NCBI GenBank assembly: GCA_964486565.1
Contig: CAZANS010000001.1
Coordinates: forward strand, 1-38,283
Length of the DNA stretch: 38,283 nucleotides
Direction: 5' to 3'
Source: an uncultured Victivallales bacterium
GTDB taxonomy: Bacteria; Verrucomicrobiota; Lentisphaeria; Victivallales; JAADHT01
Part shown: piece by piece, positions 16,304 through 23,902 of the stretch
Numbering within the stretch: position 1 is the first letter of the stretch
How the letters are laid out: each line of letters starts with the position of its first letter
Position numbers and translations under genes: made by a program
The notes under the pieces: generated by a model
Told to the model about the DNA's origin: nothing
The model's database searches: none
The model's input: the letters and a program-made list of their open reading frames with translations, nothing else

Positions 16304-17956
16304 TCATGCCATTGACTTCAATAGTTCGGCGGCATGTATTTCCGCGGCCTTGCCACCTCCGAGCATTCGGGCGATCTCCAGCGCCCTCTCCTTTTTTGCA
16401 AGTCTCGCAACTGTTGCGAATGTCCTGCCGCCTTGCACGCTCTTCTCCACCTTGAAGTGCATTTCCGCGGCGGCGGCGACCTGGGGCAGATGTGATATGC
16501 ATAGGAGCTGGTGCGATTTCCCTAGCTTTCGTAGCTCGCGGCCCACCGCCGCAGCCGTCTCACCGCCGATGTTCACATCAATCTCGTCGAAGACCAGGAC
16601 TGGGATCGAGTCCGCCGCGGCCAGCACGGCCTTTAGCGCCAGCATGACCCTGGATATCTCCCCGCTGCTGGCGACCTTGCGCAGTGGACTGAGCCCCTCC
16701 CCAGGATTCGCGGAGAACATGAACTCGACAGAGTCGAAGCCACGTTCACCGGTATCCACCTTGGCGAACTCTATCTTGAAGTCTGCCTTCAGGAACCCTA
16801 GCGTCCTCAGGGTTTTGCCGACTTCCAAAGACAGCCTGGTGGCTATGCCTTTTCGTTTTTCGGAGAGCTTTGCCGCCGCTGCCTCGAGCGCCTTCCCCGC
16901 GTCGCAGCGCCTCTTCAGAAGAGATTCGCGAAGCTCGGAGAAATTGTCCAGCTCGGCCAGCTTCGCACCTGCGTTATCGGCTGTCTTAAACACATCCTCA
17001 AGCGACGGGCCGTACTTGTGCTTCAGCGATTGCAATGTCGCCAGCCTCTCCTCGAGCTCGATGAAGCGAGCCTCGTCAAGGTCTGTCCTGCCGCAGAAAC
17101 GCTCGATGTCCAAGGCCAGCTCGCGGCAGTTCTCCACCAAATTGTCACAGCGTGACTTGAACTGGTCAATCTCCTCGATCTCCAGCTTGCCCAACTGGAC
17201 CAACCCGCGCCGCAATTCAGCAAGGCGGTTTATGATGCTGTCGTCGTCCTCGCTGAGCGTCTGCGAAGCTATACGCGAGTATTCAAGTATATCCTTGGCG
17301 TGGGCTGCCATCTTGTGCATCTCGCCGACCTCGGCATCCTCGTTGGGCTGTGGGGCGGCGGAGTCAATTGAGGCTACGACGGATCTGAGATACTCTGCCT
17401 CGGCGGCGGACGGCAGGTTGTTCTCGAGGGCATCCAGATCCGCCTTCGCTTGCACAAGTGCCCTCCAGCAGCACTGTGTCTCTTCCCCGAGCTTCCCAAG
17501 CCCGCCGAAACTGTCCAGGATGTCAAGCTGCGCCGAGTTCCTGAGCAGCGACTGGTGCTCGTGCGGGCCGTGGATGTCAATCAAAAGGTCGCCAAGTTGC
17601 TTGAGCGTGTTTAGTGTTACGGGGGAGTCGTTTATGAAGTTCCTCGAGTCCGACGGGGTGATGACCCTTTTGAGAAGCAGCTCGCCGTCGTTCTGGACGG
17701 AATTTTTATCGAGGAACTCCGCTACAGCCGTTCCTGGGTTGCCCTCGAGAGCGATTCCAGCCGATATCTCGCATTTGTCAGTTCCGGCCCGCAGGACGTT
17801 CTTCGGCGCGCGCTCACCGAGGAGCAAGGACACTGCACCGACAAGGACGGACTTACCCGCGCCGGTCTCGCCGGTTATCACGTTGAATCCCGCGCCAAAG
17901 TCAATCTCACAGCTCTCCACAAGCGCAAGGTTCCTGATCCTTATCCATTGAATCAT
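16304..17956 (-). CDS. recN: DNA repair protein RecN
   Basis: IRNLALVESCEIDFGAGFNVITGETGAGKSVLVGAVSLLLGERA (Walker A) and C-terminal PLRKVASSGEISRVMLALK......PVLVFDEIDVNIGG. I favour the ATG at 17954-17956: GGGGGAG lies 6 nt upstream, and it forms an ATGA overlap with the upstream ORF. The track start is 17962. Confidence 0.95.
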   Translation of the reverse strand: MIQWIRIRNLALVESCEIDFGAGFNVITGETGAGKSVLVGAVSLLLGERAPKNVLRAGTDKCEISAGIALEGNPGTAVAEFLDKNSVQNDGELLLKRVITPSDSRNFINDSPVTLNTLKQLGDLLIDIHGPHEHQSLLRNSAQLDILDSFGGLGKLGEETQCCWRALVQAKADLDALENNLPSAAEAEYLRSVVASIDSAAPQPNEDAEVGEMHKMAAHAKDILEYSRIASQTLSEDDDSIINRLAELRRGLVQLGKLEIEEIDQFKSRCDNLVENCRELALDIERFCGRTDLDEARFIELEERLATLQSLKHKYGPSLEDVFKTADNAGAKLAELDNFSELRESLLKRRCDAGKALEAAAAKLSEKRKGIATRLSLEVGKTLRTLGFLKADFKIEFAKVDTGERGFDSVEFMFSANPGEGLSPLRKVASSGEISRVMLALKAVLAAADSIPVLVFDEIDVNIGGETAAAVGRELRKLGKSHQLLCISHLPQVAAAAEMHFKVEKSVQGGRTFATVARLAKKERALEIARMLGGGKAAEIHAAELLKSMA

Positions 17957-18402
17957 TTGCATCTCCCCCTAATCGAAGCTGCAGGGCGGAAAAACTTCAT
18001 CATCGCGAGTTCCGCAGGGTCTTTGGGCAGTTCCTCGGCGCCCGACGGGAGCAGAATCCCTGGATCCTCGAGTTTGATGCCGCCAACAAATGTCTGACTT
18101 CCTCTGAGAAGTATCTTGTCCCAGGAGACCGAGTCAAGGTAGTAGGTGACACCAAAATAGCCTGCCGCCCAAGGGGTTGGGGCGGAGGCACGGCATTCGC
18201 CACGGCGAAATGGCGGGCACAGGCAGTTGATGGTATGCACCAGCCATTTCGCCGCACCGCCTGCCGCGCCTGCGCTCCCAACGCGGTTCACGCGGAGTTT
18301 TGAAACTGGCTCCATAGTCATAGCCATCTGAAGAAAGACTCCCGCCAGGCAAGAGCGCAGGTTTGTTTTTCCCGACCCAGCATGTAGTACACCATATATC
18401 AT
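17953..18402 (-). CDS. Hypothetical 149-aa ORF, ATGA-coupled to both the M48 peptidase and recN; its central third is encoded by repeat family R2
   Basis: ATG 18400-18402 overlaps the TGA of the M48 gene. TGA 17953-17955 overlaps the recN ATG. The N-terminus GVLHAGSGKT resembles a P-loop. Codons about 24-77 coincide with the repeat at 18186-18311. Coding status is uncertain. Confidence 0.4.
   Translation of the reverse strand: MIYGVLHAGSGKTNLRSCLAGVFLQMAMTMEPVSKLRVNRVGSAGAAGGAAKWLVHTINCLCPPFRRGECRASAPTPWAAGYFGVTYYLDSVSWDKILLRGSQTFVGGIKLEDPGILLPSGAEELPKDPAELAMMKFFRPAASIRGRCK
18186..18311. repeat. Interspersed repeat family R2, composite copy (module A 18186-18251 in reverse orientation, plus module B 18262-18311)
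   Basis: Module A is the reverse complement of 7382-7447, about 59/66 by eye. Module B, ccgcgcctgcgctcccaacgcggttcacgcggagttttgaaactggctcc, matches 35181-35230 at about 46/50 by eye. Confidence 0.8.
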
Positions 18403-19214
18403 TTCTTGTACACCACACCGGTGTCATGGTGCGTCTTTGCGTTGTCGTAGAGGTTGAGCGTCTCGGGTAGCAGGAGGCGCATGTTCTCCACACGTTTCTC
18501 ACCCACCGGATGGGTCGAGAAATATTCACCTATGCCACCCACCTGCGATGCCTGGGAGAACTTCTCCCAGAAGCTCAATGCATAGCGCGGATTGTAACCC
18601 GCCTTGGACATCAGTATCATGCCGATATGGTCGGCCTCGTACTCGTGCTCCCTGCTGTAGGGCAGCATGACGCCCAACGCCGTCGCGCCGCCGTAGATTG
18701 TCACGGCCAGCTCCCGGTACTTCTCATCCGTCGCGCTCTCCAGAATCGTTTGCCCGATCACCCGCATATATTCATGCGAAAGCCTCTCGCCCCCATGCCG
18801 GGCTACCGCGTGGGCCACCTCGTGACCAACCACAGAGGCAAGCTCCGCGTCGTTGTCTATGAACTTGAAGATGCCGGTGTATACCGCCACCTTCCCACCC
18901 GGCAGGCAGAAAGCGTTAGCCTCCTGGGACTCGAAGGTCCGGAACTCCCATTTGAAGCCCGCCATCTCCGCCACCTCAGCTATATTCCTCCCAACCCTCT
19001 CCACAGCAGTGGCATACTGGAAATTAGTGCTCAGCCGCTCGCGCTTGAGTATCTCAGCCCACGCCTGGTCCCCAAGCTGGTTCTCCTCATCCATGGACGT
19101 TAGAAGCAGCCTGCTGCGCCCCGATATCGGAACCGTCTCGCACGCCGACAGAACCATCAACGCCGCAAACGGCAAAAGAAGTATCCTCAACCTCAAAACA
19201 AACGCTCTAACCAT
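18399..19214 (-). CDS. M48-family zinc metallopeptidase, predicted lipoprotein
   Basis: HEXXH in VVGHEVAHAVARH. The LPGGKVAVYTG and EYEADHIG motifs are typical of M48 (YcaL/LoiP-like). Lipobox LMVLSAC. I use the ATG at 19212-19214, with GAGGAG 9 nt upstream; the track start at 19274 adds 20 unlikely residues. Confidence 0.9.
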   Translation of the reverse strand: MVRAFVLRLRILLLPFAALMVLSACETVPISGRSRLLLTSMDEENQLGDQAWAEILKRERLSTNFQYATAVERVGRNIAEVAEMAGFKWEFRTFESQEANAFCLPGGKVAVYTGIFKFIDNDAELASVVGHEVAHAVARHGGERLSHEYMRVIGQTILESATDEKYRELAVTIYGGATALGVMLPYSREHEYEADHIGMILMSKAGYNPRYALSFWEKFSQASQVGGIGEYFSTHPVGEKRVENMRLLLPETLNLYDNAKTHHDTGVVYKK

Positions 19215-19302
19215 AGACAAACACTCCTCGTAGCAACCCCTGACACACCCAAGTATCCCTCTTACTTCAAGCACTAATGCCTCTCAGGGAACTTAACTCA
19301 AT

Positions 19303-19317
19303 CTGCGGATTTCGCAA
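19303..19317. repeat. Variant of the iterated palindrome (TTGCGAAATCCGCAG on the minus strand)
   Basis: ctgcggatttcgcaa. Its reverse complement is identical to the 15-mer at 32883-32897. Confidence 0.8.
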
Positions 19318-19323
19318 ACGGCA

Positions 19324-19449
19324 TTAAGAAAAAGCGTCGAACACGGGGAGCCTGAGCTGTGCCGCCGCCGCCAGTATGACTTTGTCCAAAGTCAGCAAGG
19401 GATGAAGAAGGTGCTCCACGCATGTGGCAAGATGGACAGCGTCCAGCGA
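19324..19449 (-). pseudogene. PIN-domain (VapC-like) toxin, C-terminal fragment only
   Basis: Hand translation gives SLDAVHLATCVEHLLHPLLTLDKVILAAAAQLRLPVFDAFS*. The pattern (DAxHLAT ... TLDK ... AA...LPV) is typical of the last third of PIN domains. An in-frame stop lies 11 codons upstream of the S, and there is no N-terminal part. Confidence 0.4.
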
Positions 19450-19622
19450 ACGCAGCGGTAAAGCTTGCCGATCGTGTCAGCCGCCAAGGTGAAGTTGTTT
19501 GTAAGTATCTCGACATGCTCATCCTTGTCCCTGTCGTAGAACACGATACGTCTCAGGCTGAGCCCGGCAAACTTTTTGAACTCGACATCCTGATCTGATA
19601 TAATACGTTCGCTCTTGCTCTG
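19443..19622 (-). pseudogene. IS4-family (DDE_Tnp_1) transposase internal fragment
   Basis: SERIISDQDVEFKKFAGLSLRRIVFYDRDKDEHVEILTNNFTLAADTIGKLYRCVRW matches the conserved ...LRR(I/V).(F/Y).D......FLTNNF.L.A.TIA.LY..RW block. The following QIELFFKW motif is absent, and everything upstream is non-transposase sequence. Confidence 0.6.
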
Positions 19623-19765
19623 CATTAGTTTCATTGGGGAGATGGGAGAAACGGAGAGACTGAGATTGGGCGATAATTTCGATAATTTAGATAGTATCGC
19701 GGAGCTTTTCCACCTGTCGGAGTTCACAGCTTCAGCGTGGGTTTCGGGTGGATTCGACCGAGGGG

Positions 19766-19845
19766 GAATAATACTCCGTCCCTTTTCCCCCCGTCCCTTT
19801 TTCCCTCGCCACTCCTTGATATTCTATGACCTATGCTCGGAGGCT
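19766..19845 (+). repeat. Interspersed repeat family R3, long copy (TAATACTCCGTCCC plus a C/T-rich tract ... ATGCTCGGAGGCT)
   Basis: gaataatactccgtcccttttccccccgtccctttttccctcgccactccttgatattctatgacctatgctcggaggctg. It shares ATACT..CCGTCCC, CTTGA(A/T)AT and ATGCTCGGAGGCT with 21736-21785, and TAATACTCCGTCCCC with the reverse complement of 29327-29341. Confidence 0.7.
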
Positions 19846-19849
19846 GATT

Positions 19850-20983
19850 TCAAAGCCATCCTGTTGCCTGTGCGAGCAGCCGGACGTAATGGATGAAGTT
19901 CGGCCAGGAGACGTCTGACGGCACGCCGTGGTCGCAGGATGGCATGTATCCGCCGTCCTGGATGACCGGCATTATCCGTTGGATCTCTTTCTCGATGTGT
20001 CTGCCGCCTTTGGCGATCTCGCGTTTGTCTACGCCACCACGGTATGCCATCTCATGCCCGAACGTTTTCCTGAACTCGTTGATGTCGTTTCCTGCGGCGA
20101 CCTCGACGGGGTCGCAGGCGTTCATGTCTGCCTCTATCCACAGGGGTATCAGCTCTCCGACGAATCCGTCGGAGTCGCAGGCGTAGACCGGCACGCCTGC
20201 CTTTCTGACGATCTCGCCCCAGCGCCGCCACACTGGTAGCAGAAAACGCCTGACCATCTCCGGCGAGAGCATCGAGTATCCCTTGTATGCCATATCCTCG
20301 GAGATATGGAACTCGTCAGGGGCGACGAATCCTAATGTCTTCTCTAGCAGGGTGGCGATGAATTCGCACCAGAACTCGAGCATCTCCTCAACCAGCGCGG
20401 GGTTGTCGTAGAACATCATCGAGAGCCCCTCGAACCCGCACCACTCGCGCAGTTGCCAGTACGGGCCTGAGACGTGTATGGTCACTGGCCAGTCGCGTCC
20501 TGCCAGCGTCTTGCCAAGTTGCTCCGCGTCCTTGGGGAATCTCGCGTTGTCCCCGGCCTCGTAGCGACGGCGCATATCCCTCCAGTCCTCATGAGACTCC
20601 ACCGGGCATTTGATCCAGCGGCGAGTGACAAAATCAATGGCGTTGCGCAAGTATGTGACATCGAACTCGAGTCCGATCTCGCAAACATTGCCCTTCCAAT
20701 CCTGCACGATCTGCGAGTCTTCTTTGCGCTCGACCACCTTTTCCTCGAACTCCGGGATCATCCTCTCGACAACCGGGAAGCCGGGGCCGCCTTTGGGAAG
20801 CTCCAGAGTCCCCCCGGCCTGACGATAGGCGTATACGGTGATATCCCCGGGGCGGATGTGCTTCGGCAGCCCTTGCGAGTGCCACGCCTCAAGTGTGGAC
20901 TTCCGACCGCCGCCCGGGTCAAAGGGAATACGGTCGGGATTGCCAAACAACACCGTCTCAAGATACCTTTGCCGCTGATTCAT
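19850..20983 (-). CDS. Uroporphyrinogen decarboxylase (URO-D) family protein, MtaA/CmuA-like
   Basis: 377 aa with a clean ATG. General URO-D-family look (N-terminal RYLETVLFGNPDRIPF; C-terminal GGYMPSCDHGVPSDVSW). The family assignment is from memory of this family and is not motif-proof. Confidence 0.75.
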   Translation of the reverse strand: MNQRQRYLETVLFGNPDRIPFDPGGGRKSTLEAWHSQGLPKHIRPGDITVYAYRQAGGTLELPKGGPGFPVVERMIPEFEEKVVERKEDSQIVQDWKGNVCEIGLEFDVTYLRNAIDFVTRRWIKCPVESHEDWRDMRRRYEAGDNARFPKDAEQLGKTLAGRDWPVTIHVSGPYWQLREWCGFEGLSMMFYDNPALVEEMLEFWCEFIATLLEKTLGFVAPDEFHISEDMAYKGYSMLSPEMVRRFLLPVWRRWGEIVRKAGVPVYACDSDGFVGELIPLWIEADMNACDPVEVAAGNDINEFRKTFGHEMAYRGGVDKREIAKGGRHIEKEIQRIMPVIQDGGYMPSCDHGVPSDVSWPNFIHYVRLLAQATGWL

Positions 20984-21091
20984 GAGTTCTCCTTTTATTT
21001 TTTCTCCGTTGCAATTCTGTCCTCAGATACTATTATAAATACTTGCATGACTGTTTCAACAAAGAATAATATATAATAAAAAGACAAAATT

Positions 21092-21679
21092 ATGCACTTT
21101 TCGAAAATTGAAGGGTTTAGCGTGGTTGGTTCCGAGAGGTTCCGCACTCCCACTCGCCGCGAGCGAGAACTGGGTCTCTGGGTTGACCGTGTGGGCGCTG
21201 GCACGGAAGTCCGTTCAGCCGCTCCGCAAAAGTTGCGCCAGCTCGGTTTGTTCGCCGCCGTATGCATCATGGACGGTTCAGGGAGTTTTTTCTCCCCGCC
21301 GACGGGGGAGATTGAGGTAGTGAGGGGTGACGCGTTGATGTTGCATCCCGAAGTTCCAGCCAGTTACCATCCTCACACGAGATGGGAGAGCAGATGGGTG
21401 GTATGGGGCGGCCCCGAGGCGGCCAAGATTGCCGGTTTGGGGATTTCCCATCCCGAAGCTCCACTCGTCTGTGGCGGGGCGGATTCCGTGGCCGCAGCCT
21501 GGGCCGAGATAAGACCCAAGGAGTTCATACTTACCGCCAAGATGGCGAGGGCAAAGGAGCTGCTGGCGTCGCGAATCCCAGTCAAGGACGTCGCCTCACA
21601 ACTCGGTTTCCGCGAGGAATTCTACTTCCGCCGAATATTCCGCAGGACAACCGGGCATACCCCTGGATCATACCAGTAG
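21092..21679 (+). CDS. AraC-family regulator lacking the first helix-turn-helix (possible internal deletion)
   Basis: The C-terminus ILTAKMARAKELLASRIPVKDVASQLGFREEFYFRRIFRRTTGHTPGSY is the second AraC HTH. The N-terminal roughly 130 aa look like an AraC ligand-binding domain. At 195 aa there is no room for HTH1. It is divergent from the URO-D gene across an AT-rich spacer. Confidence 0.7.
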   Translation: MHFSKIEGFSVVGSERFRTPTRRERELGLWVDRVGAGTEVRSAAPQKLRQLGLFAAVCIMDGSGSFFSPPTGEIEVVRGDALMLHPEVPASYHPHTRWESRWVVWGGPEAAKIAGLGISHPEAPLVCGGADSVAAAWAEIRPKEFILTAKMARAKELLASRIPVKDVASQLGFREEFYFRRIFRRTTGHTPGSYQ

Positions 21680-21735
21680 CCCAAGAAGCCTGCATAACTG
21701 AGACACACGCCATCGAAGCGCCTACGAATGCGCAA

Positions 21736-21785
21736 AGCATACTACTCCGTCCCTCTTGAATCTTGCATGCTCGGAGGCTCTGCAA
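21736..21785 (+). repeat. Interspersed repeat family R3, short copy
   Basis: agcatactactccgtccctcttgaatcttgcatgctcggaggctctgc, between the convergent AraC-like and fba genes. Confidence 0.7.
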
Positions 21786-21847
21786 ATGCGGGACACCTAT
21801 GCTGGATTTGTACGCTACTTAACAGCCTTGCTGGGCAGCGGCAGGAA

Positions 21848-22825
21848 TCAGTCGAAGGCGTGTCCTGCCGAGCCGAGGACCATGATGTTCTTGTGTTTGT
21901 ACAAGTCCTTGAGGGCGTCACGTGCGGGGCCGAGGTATTTCCTCGGGTCGAACTCGGAAGGCTTCTCGGCGAAGGTCTTGCGGATGGCTGCGGTCATGGC
22001 CAGGCGTCCGTCAGAGTCTATATTGATCTTGCATACGGCGGATTTGGCGGCTTCGCGGAGCTGGTCCTCTCCGATGCCGATTGCATCCTTGAGCTGTCCG
22101 CCAAATTTGTTTATTGTCGCCACTAGTTCCGCCGGGACGGATGACGAGCCGTGCAGGACTATCGTGAACCCGGGTATGCGCTTCTCGATCTCGGCAAGGA
22201 TGTCGAGACGTATCTTCGGGTCGGTGCCGGGTTTGAACTTGAATGCACCGTGCGACGTGCCGATAGCAATCGCAAGGCTGTCCACATTGGTCTTGGAGAC
22301 GAACTCCTCGACCTCGTCGGGCTGAGTGTAGATGTGCTCAGCGGCCTCTACATCGTCCTCCTTGCCGGCAAGCACACCGAGCTCGCCCTCGACAGTGACA
22401 TCGTACTTGTGGGCGTACTCCACTACCTTCTTGGTCTCCTCGATGTTCTTTTCGAACGAGTGGTGGGAGCCATCAATCATGACCGACGAGAACCCGTACT
22501 CGATGCAGCTCTTGCATATCTCGAAGTCGGAGCCGTGGTCCAGATGCACGGCTATGGGTATGAGCTTCCCTTTTCCTATTTCCCTGGCGTACTCCACCGC
22601 GCCCTGGGCCAGATAGCGCAGAAGCGTCTGGTTGGCATACTCGCGCGCACCCTTGGATATCTGCAGAATCACCGGAGACTCTGTCTCCACGCAAGCGGAG
22701 ATGATGGCCTGCAACTGCTCCATGTTGTTGAAATTGTACGCCGGCACGGCATACTTCCCCTTCATCGCCTTGGCAAACATCTCACGGGTGTTCACGAGAC
22801 CCAGATCACGATAGCTGATAGCCAT
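21848..22825 (-). CDS. fba: Fructose-bisphosphate aldolase, class II
   Basis: Contains YAVPAYNFNNMEQLQAIISACVETESPVILQISKGAREYA, VHLDHG, GELG..AG.ED and LVLHGSSSVP. I use the ATG at 22823-22825, preceded by AGGAGGAAAA; the track ORF starts 28 codons earlier. Confidence 0.95.
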   Translation of the reverse strand: MAISYRDLGLVNTREMFAKAMKGKYAVPAYNFNNMEQLQAIISACVETESPVILQISKGAREYANQTLLRYLAQGAVEYAREIGKGKLIPIAVHLDHGSDFEICKSCIEYGFSSVMIDGSHHSFEKNIEETKKVVEYAHKYDVTVEGELGVLAGKEDDVEAAEHIYTQPDEVEEFVSKTNVDSLAIAIGTSHGAFKFKPGTDPKIRLDILAEIEKRIPGFTIVLHGSSSVPAELVATINKFGGQLKDAIGIGEDQLREAAKSAVCKINIDSDGRLAMTAAIRKTFAEKPSEFDPRKYLGPARDALKDLYKHKNIMVLGSAGHAFD

Positions 22826-23016
22826 TTTTCCTCCTGAAAAATTGTTGATGCTAAAATTTAAAATAACATGTGTCCACGCTCCGGCCATGCCCCGGGAAAC
22901 CAAAGACAACCAGGGAAACAGCCGCCAGCCTGAGACAAATCCAGCCTATAGCTCGGAAATTACCCCCTTTCACCTACTTTGCAAGCAAAAGTCAAAAGAA
23001 ATACACAAACGAGATG

Positions 23017-23298
23017 CTATATTTCTTCTGTGTGGAATCGTTCGATCTCGAGGAAGTCAGCGGAGAACCGCCGCCGTGTGGTACGTTTGCCGTTGACCAC
23101 ATAATCGAAACCGTGTTCTTTCAGATACTCCAGATTCCCGGCGCTGGCGATGCCACCGTCCAGCACCACCAGAGGACGCTCGCCGCCGCCGCATAAATGC
23201 TGCAAATCCTTTTCTGTTTTTTTTAGTGCGAAACTTGGGCTAGACGGCACCAGTCGGACGCACTGCGCAAGTCGAGACACTGCGCAATCCGCCTCCAC
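23017..23298 (-). pseudogene. IS1634/IS4-superfamily transposase fragment
   Basis: ERPLVVLDGGIASAGNLEYLKEHGFDYVVNGKR resembles the (V/I)V.D.G(I/M).S..NL..L...G..YIV block around the first catalytic D of IS1634-type transposases. The ORF is only 93 codons, has a GTG start and lacks the remaining catalytic region. Confidence 0.5.
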
Positions 23299-23541
23299 CT
23301 AGCTGATGATGACAAGGGCCAGATAGGGGGCCAGGTTGAACACTAAAATAATTATTTTCATACCGCCGATAAAGCAGTAGATTGCCGTATTGAAGGCCTC
23401 GCGTGAGATCGGGAACATCCGGCTGTGCATTCTATAGACGGCATCTCTCCCCAGCACGCAGATTGCAACTGAAAGCAGCATGGAAGCCGTGTTTATCACA
23501 GTGCACCACCCGAAAAACGCCCGCAATATCTCTATATTCAT
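23299..23541 (-). CDS. Small (80 aa) two- or three-TM hypothetical membrane protein
   Basis: ATG start and hydrophobic helices (WCTVINTASMLLSVAICVL; IYCFIGGMKIIILVFNLAPYLALVII). Its stop abuts the transposase fragment. Confidence 0.55.
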   Translation of the reverse strand: MNIEILRAFFGWCTVINTASMLLSVAICVLGRDAVYRMHSRMFPISREAFNTAIYCFIGGMKIIILVFNLAPYLALVIIS

Positions 23542-23608
23542 ATATCATCCCTTTCTTTCCTCTGGGTTAATCTACTTCTTGAAGTTTGAAATTCAAGAAA
23601 GTGAGAAA

Positions 23609-23902
23609 TTAGTACTGACAACAACTCAAAAGGAAGTCCTCGTGCACACCTTCGGCTATCTGCCTGAAGGCATAGCGCACCTGCTCCTCATAGAGCTCGC
23701 AGAAAGCCCCTCTTGCGGAGAGGCTGCCGTTCATGGTGTGCGCCTCCGCCGGACAGGGGACGCCACAGAAATTGCGAATTGCGCAGTCGCGGCAGAACTC
23801 GATGTCCTCGGCAACCCTGGCGGTCATCTTCCTGAACGGGGTTGAGCCGAGTATCTCACGGAAGCAGGATGCTCCCGCTACTTTAGGAAGACCGCGCCAC
23901 GA
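23609..23902 (-). pseudogene. Radical SAM enzyme, C-terminal SPASM-domain remnant
   Basis: The open frame reads ...CFREILGSTPFRKMTARVAEDIEFCRDCAIRNFCGVPCPAEAHTMNG...FCELYEEQVRYAF. The cysteine spacing (C..C....C...CP) is typical of SPASM/twitch auxiliary-cluster domains. An in-frame stop lies at 23903-23905, and no radical-SAM core (CxxxCxxC) is found upstream. Confidence 0.55.

Noticed and set aside
16236-17951. 571-aa plus-strand ORF
   Set aside because: It lies exactly antisense to recN. Its translation is S/A/P/R-rich low complexity with no motifs. This is a typical shadow ORF in GC-rich coding DNA.
23772-23786. ttgcgaattgcgcag, and ctccaatttcgcag at 31650-31663, as further palindrome copies
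   Set aside because: At my alignment these are only 13/15 and about 11/15 matches. The rpsR one coincides with the universally conserved S18 CKFCE motif, so a protein-level constraint explains it.
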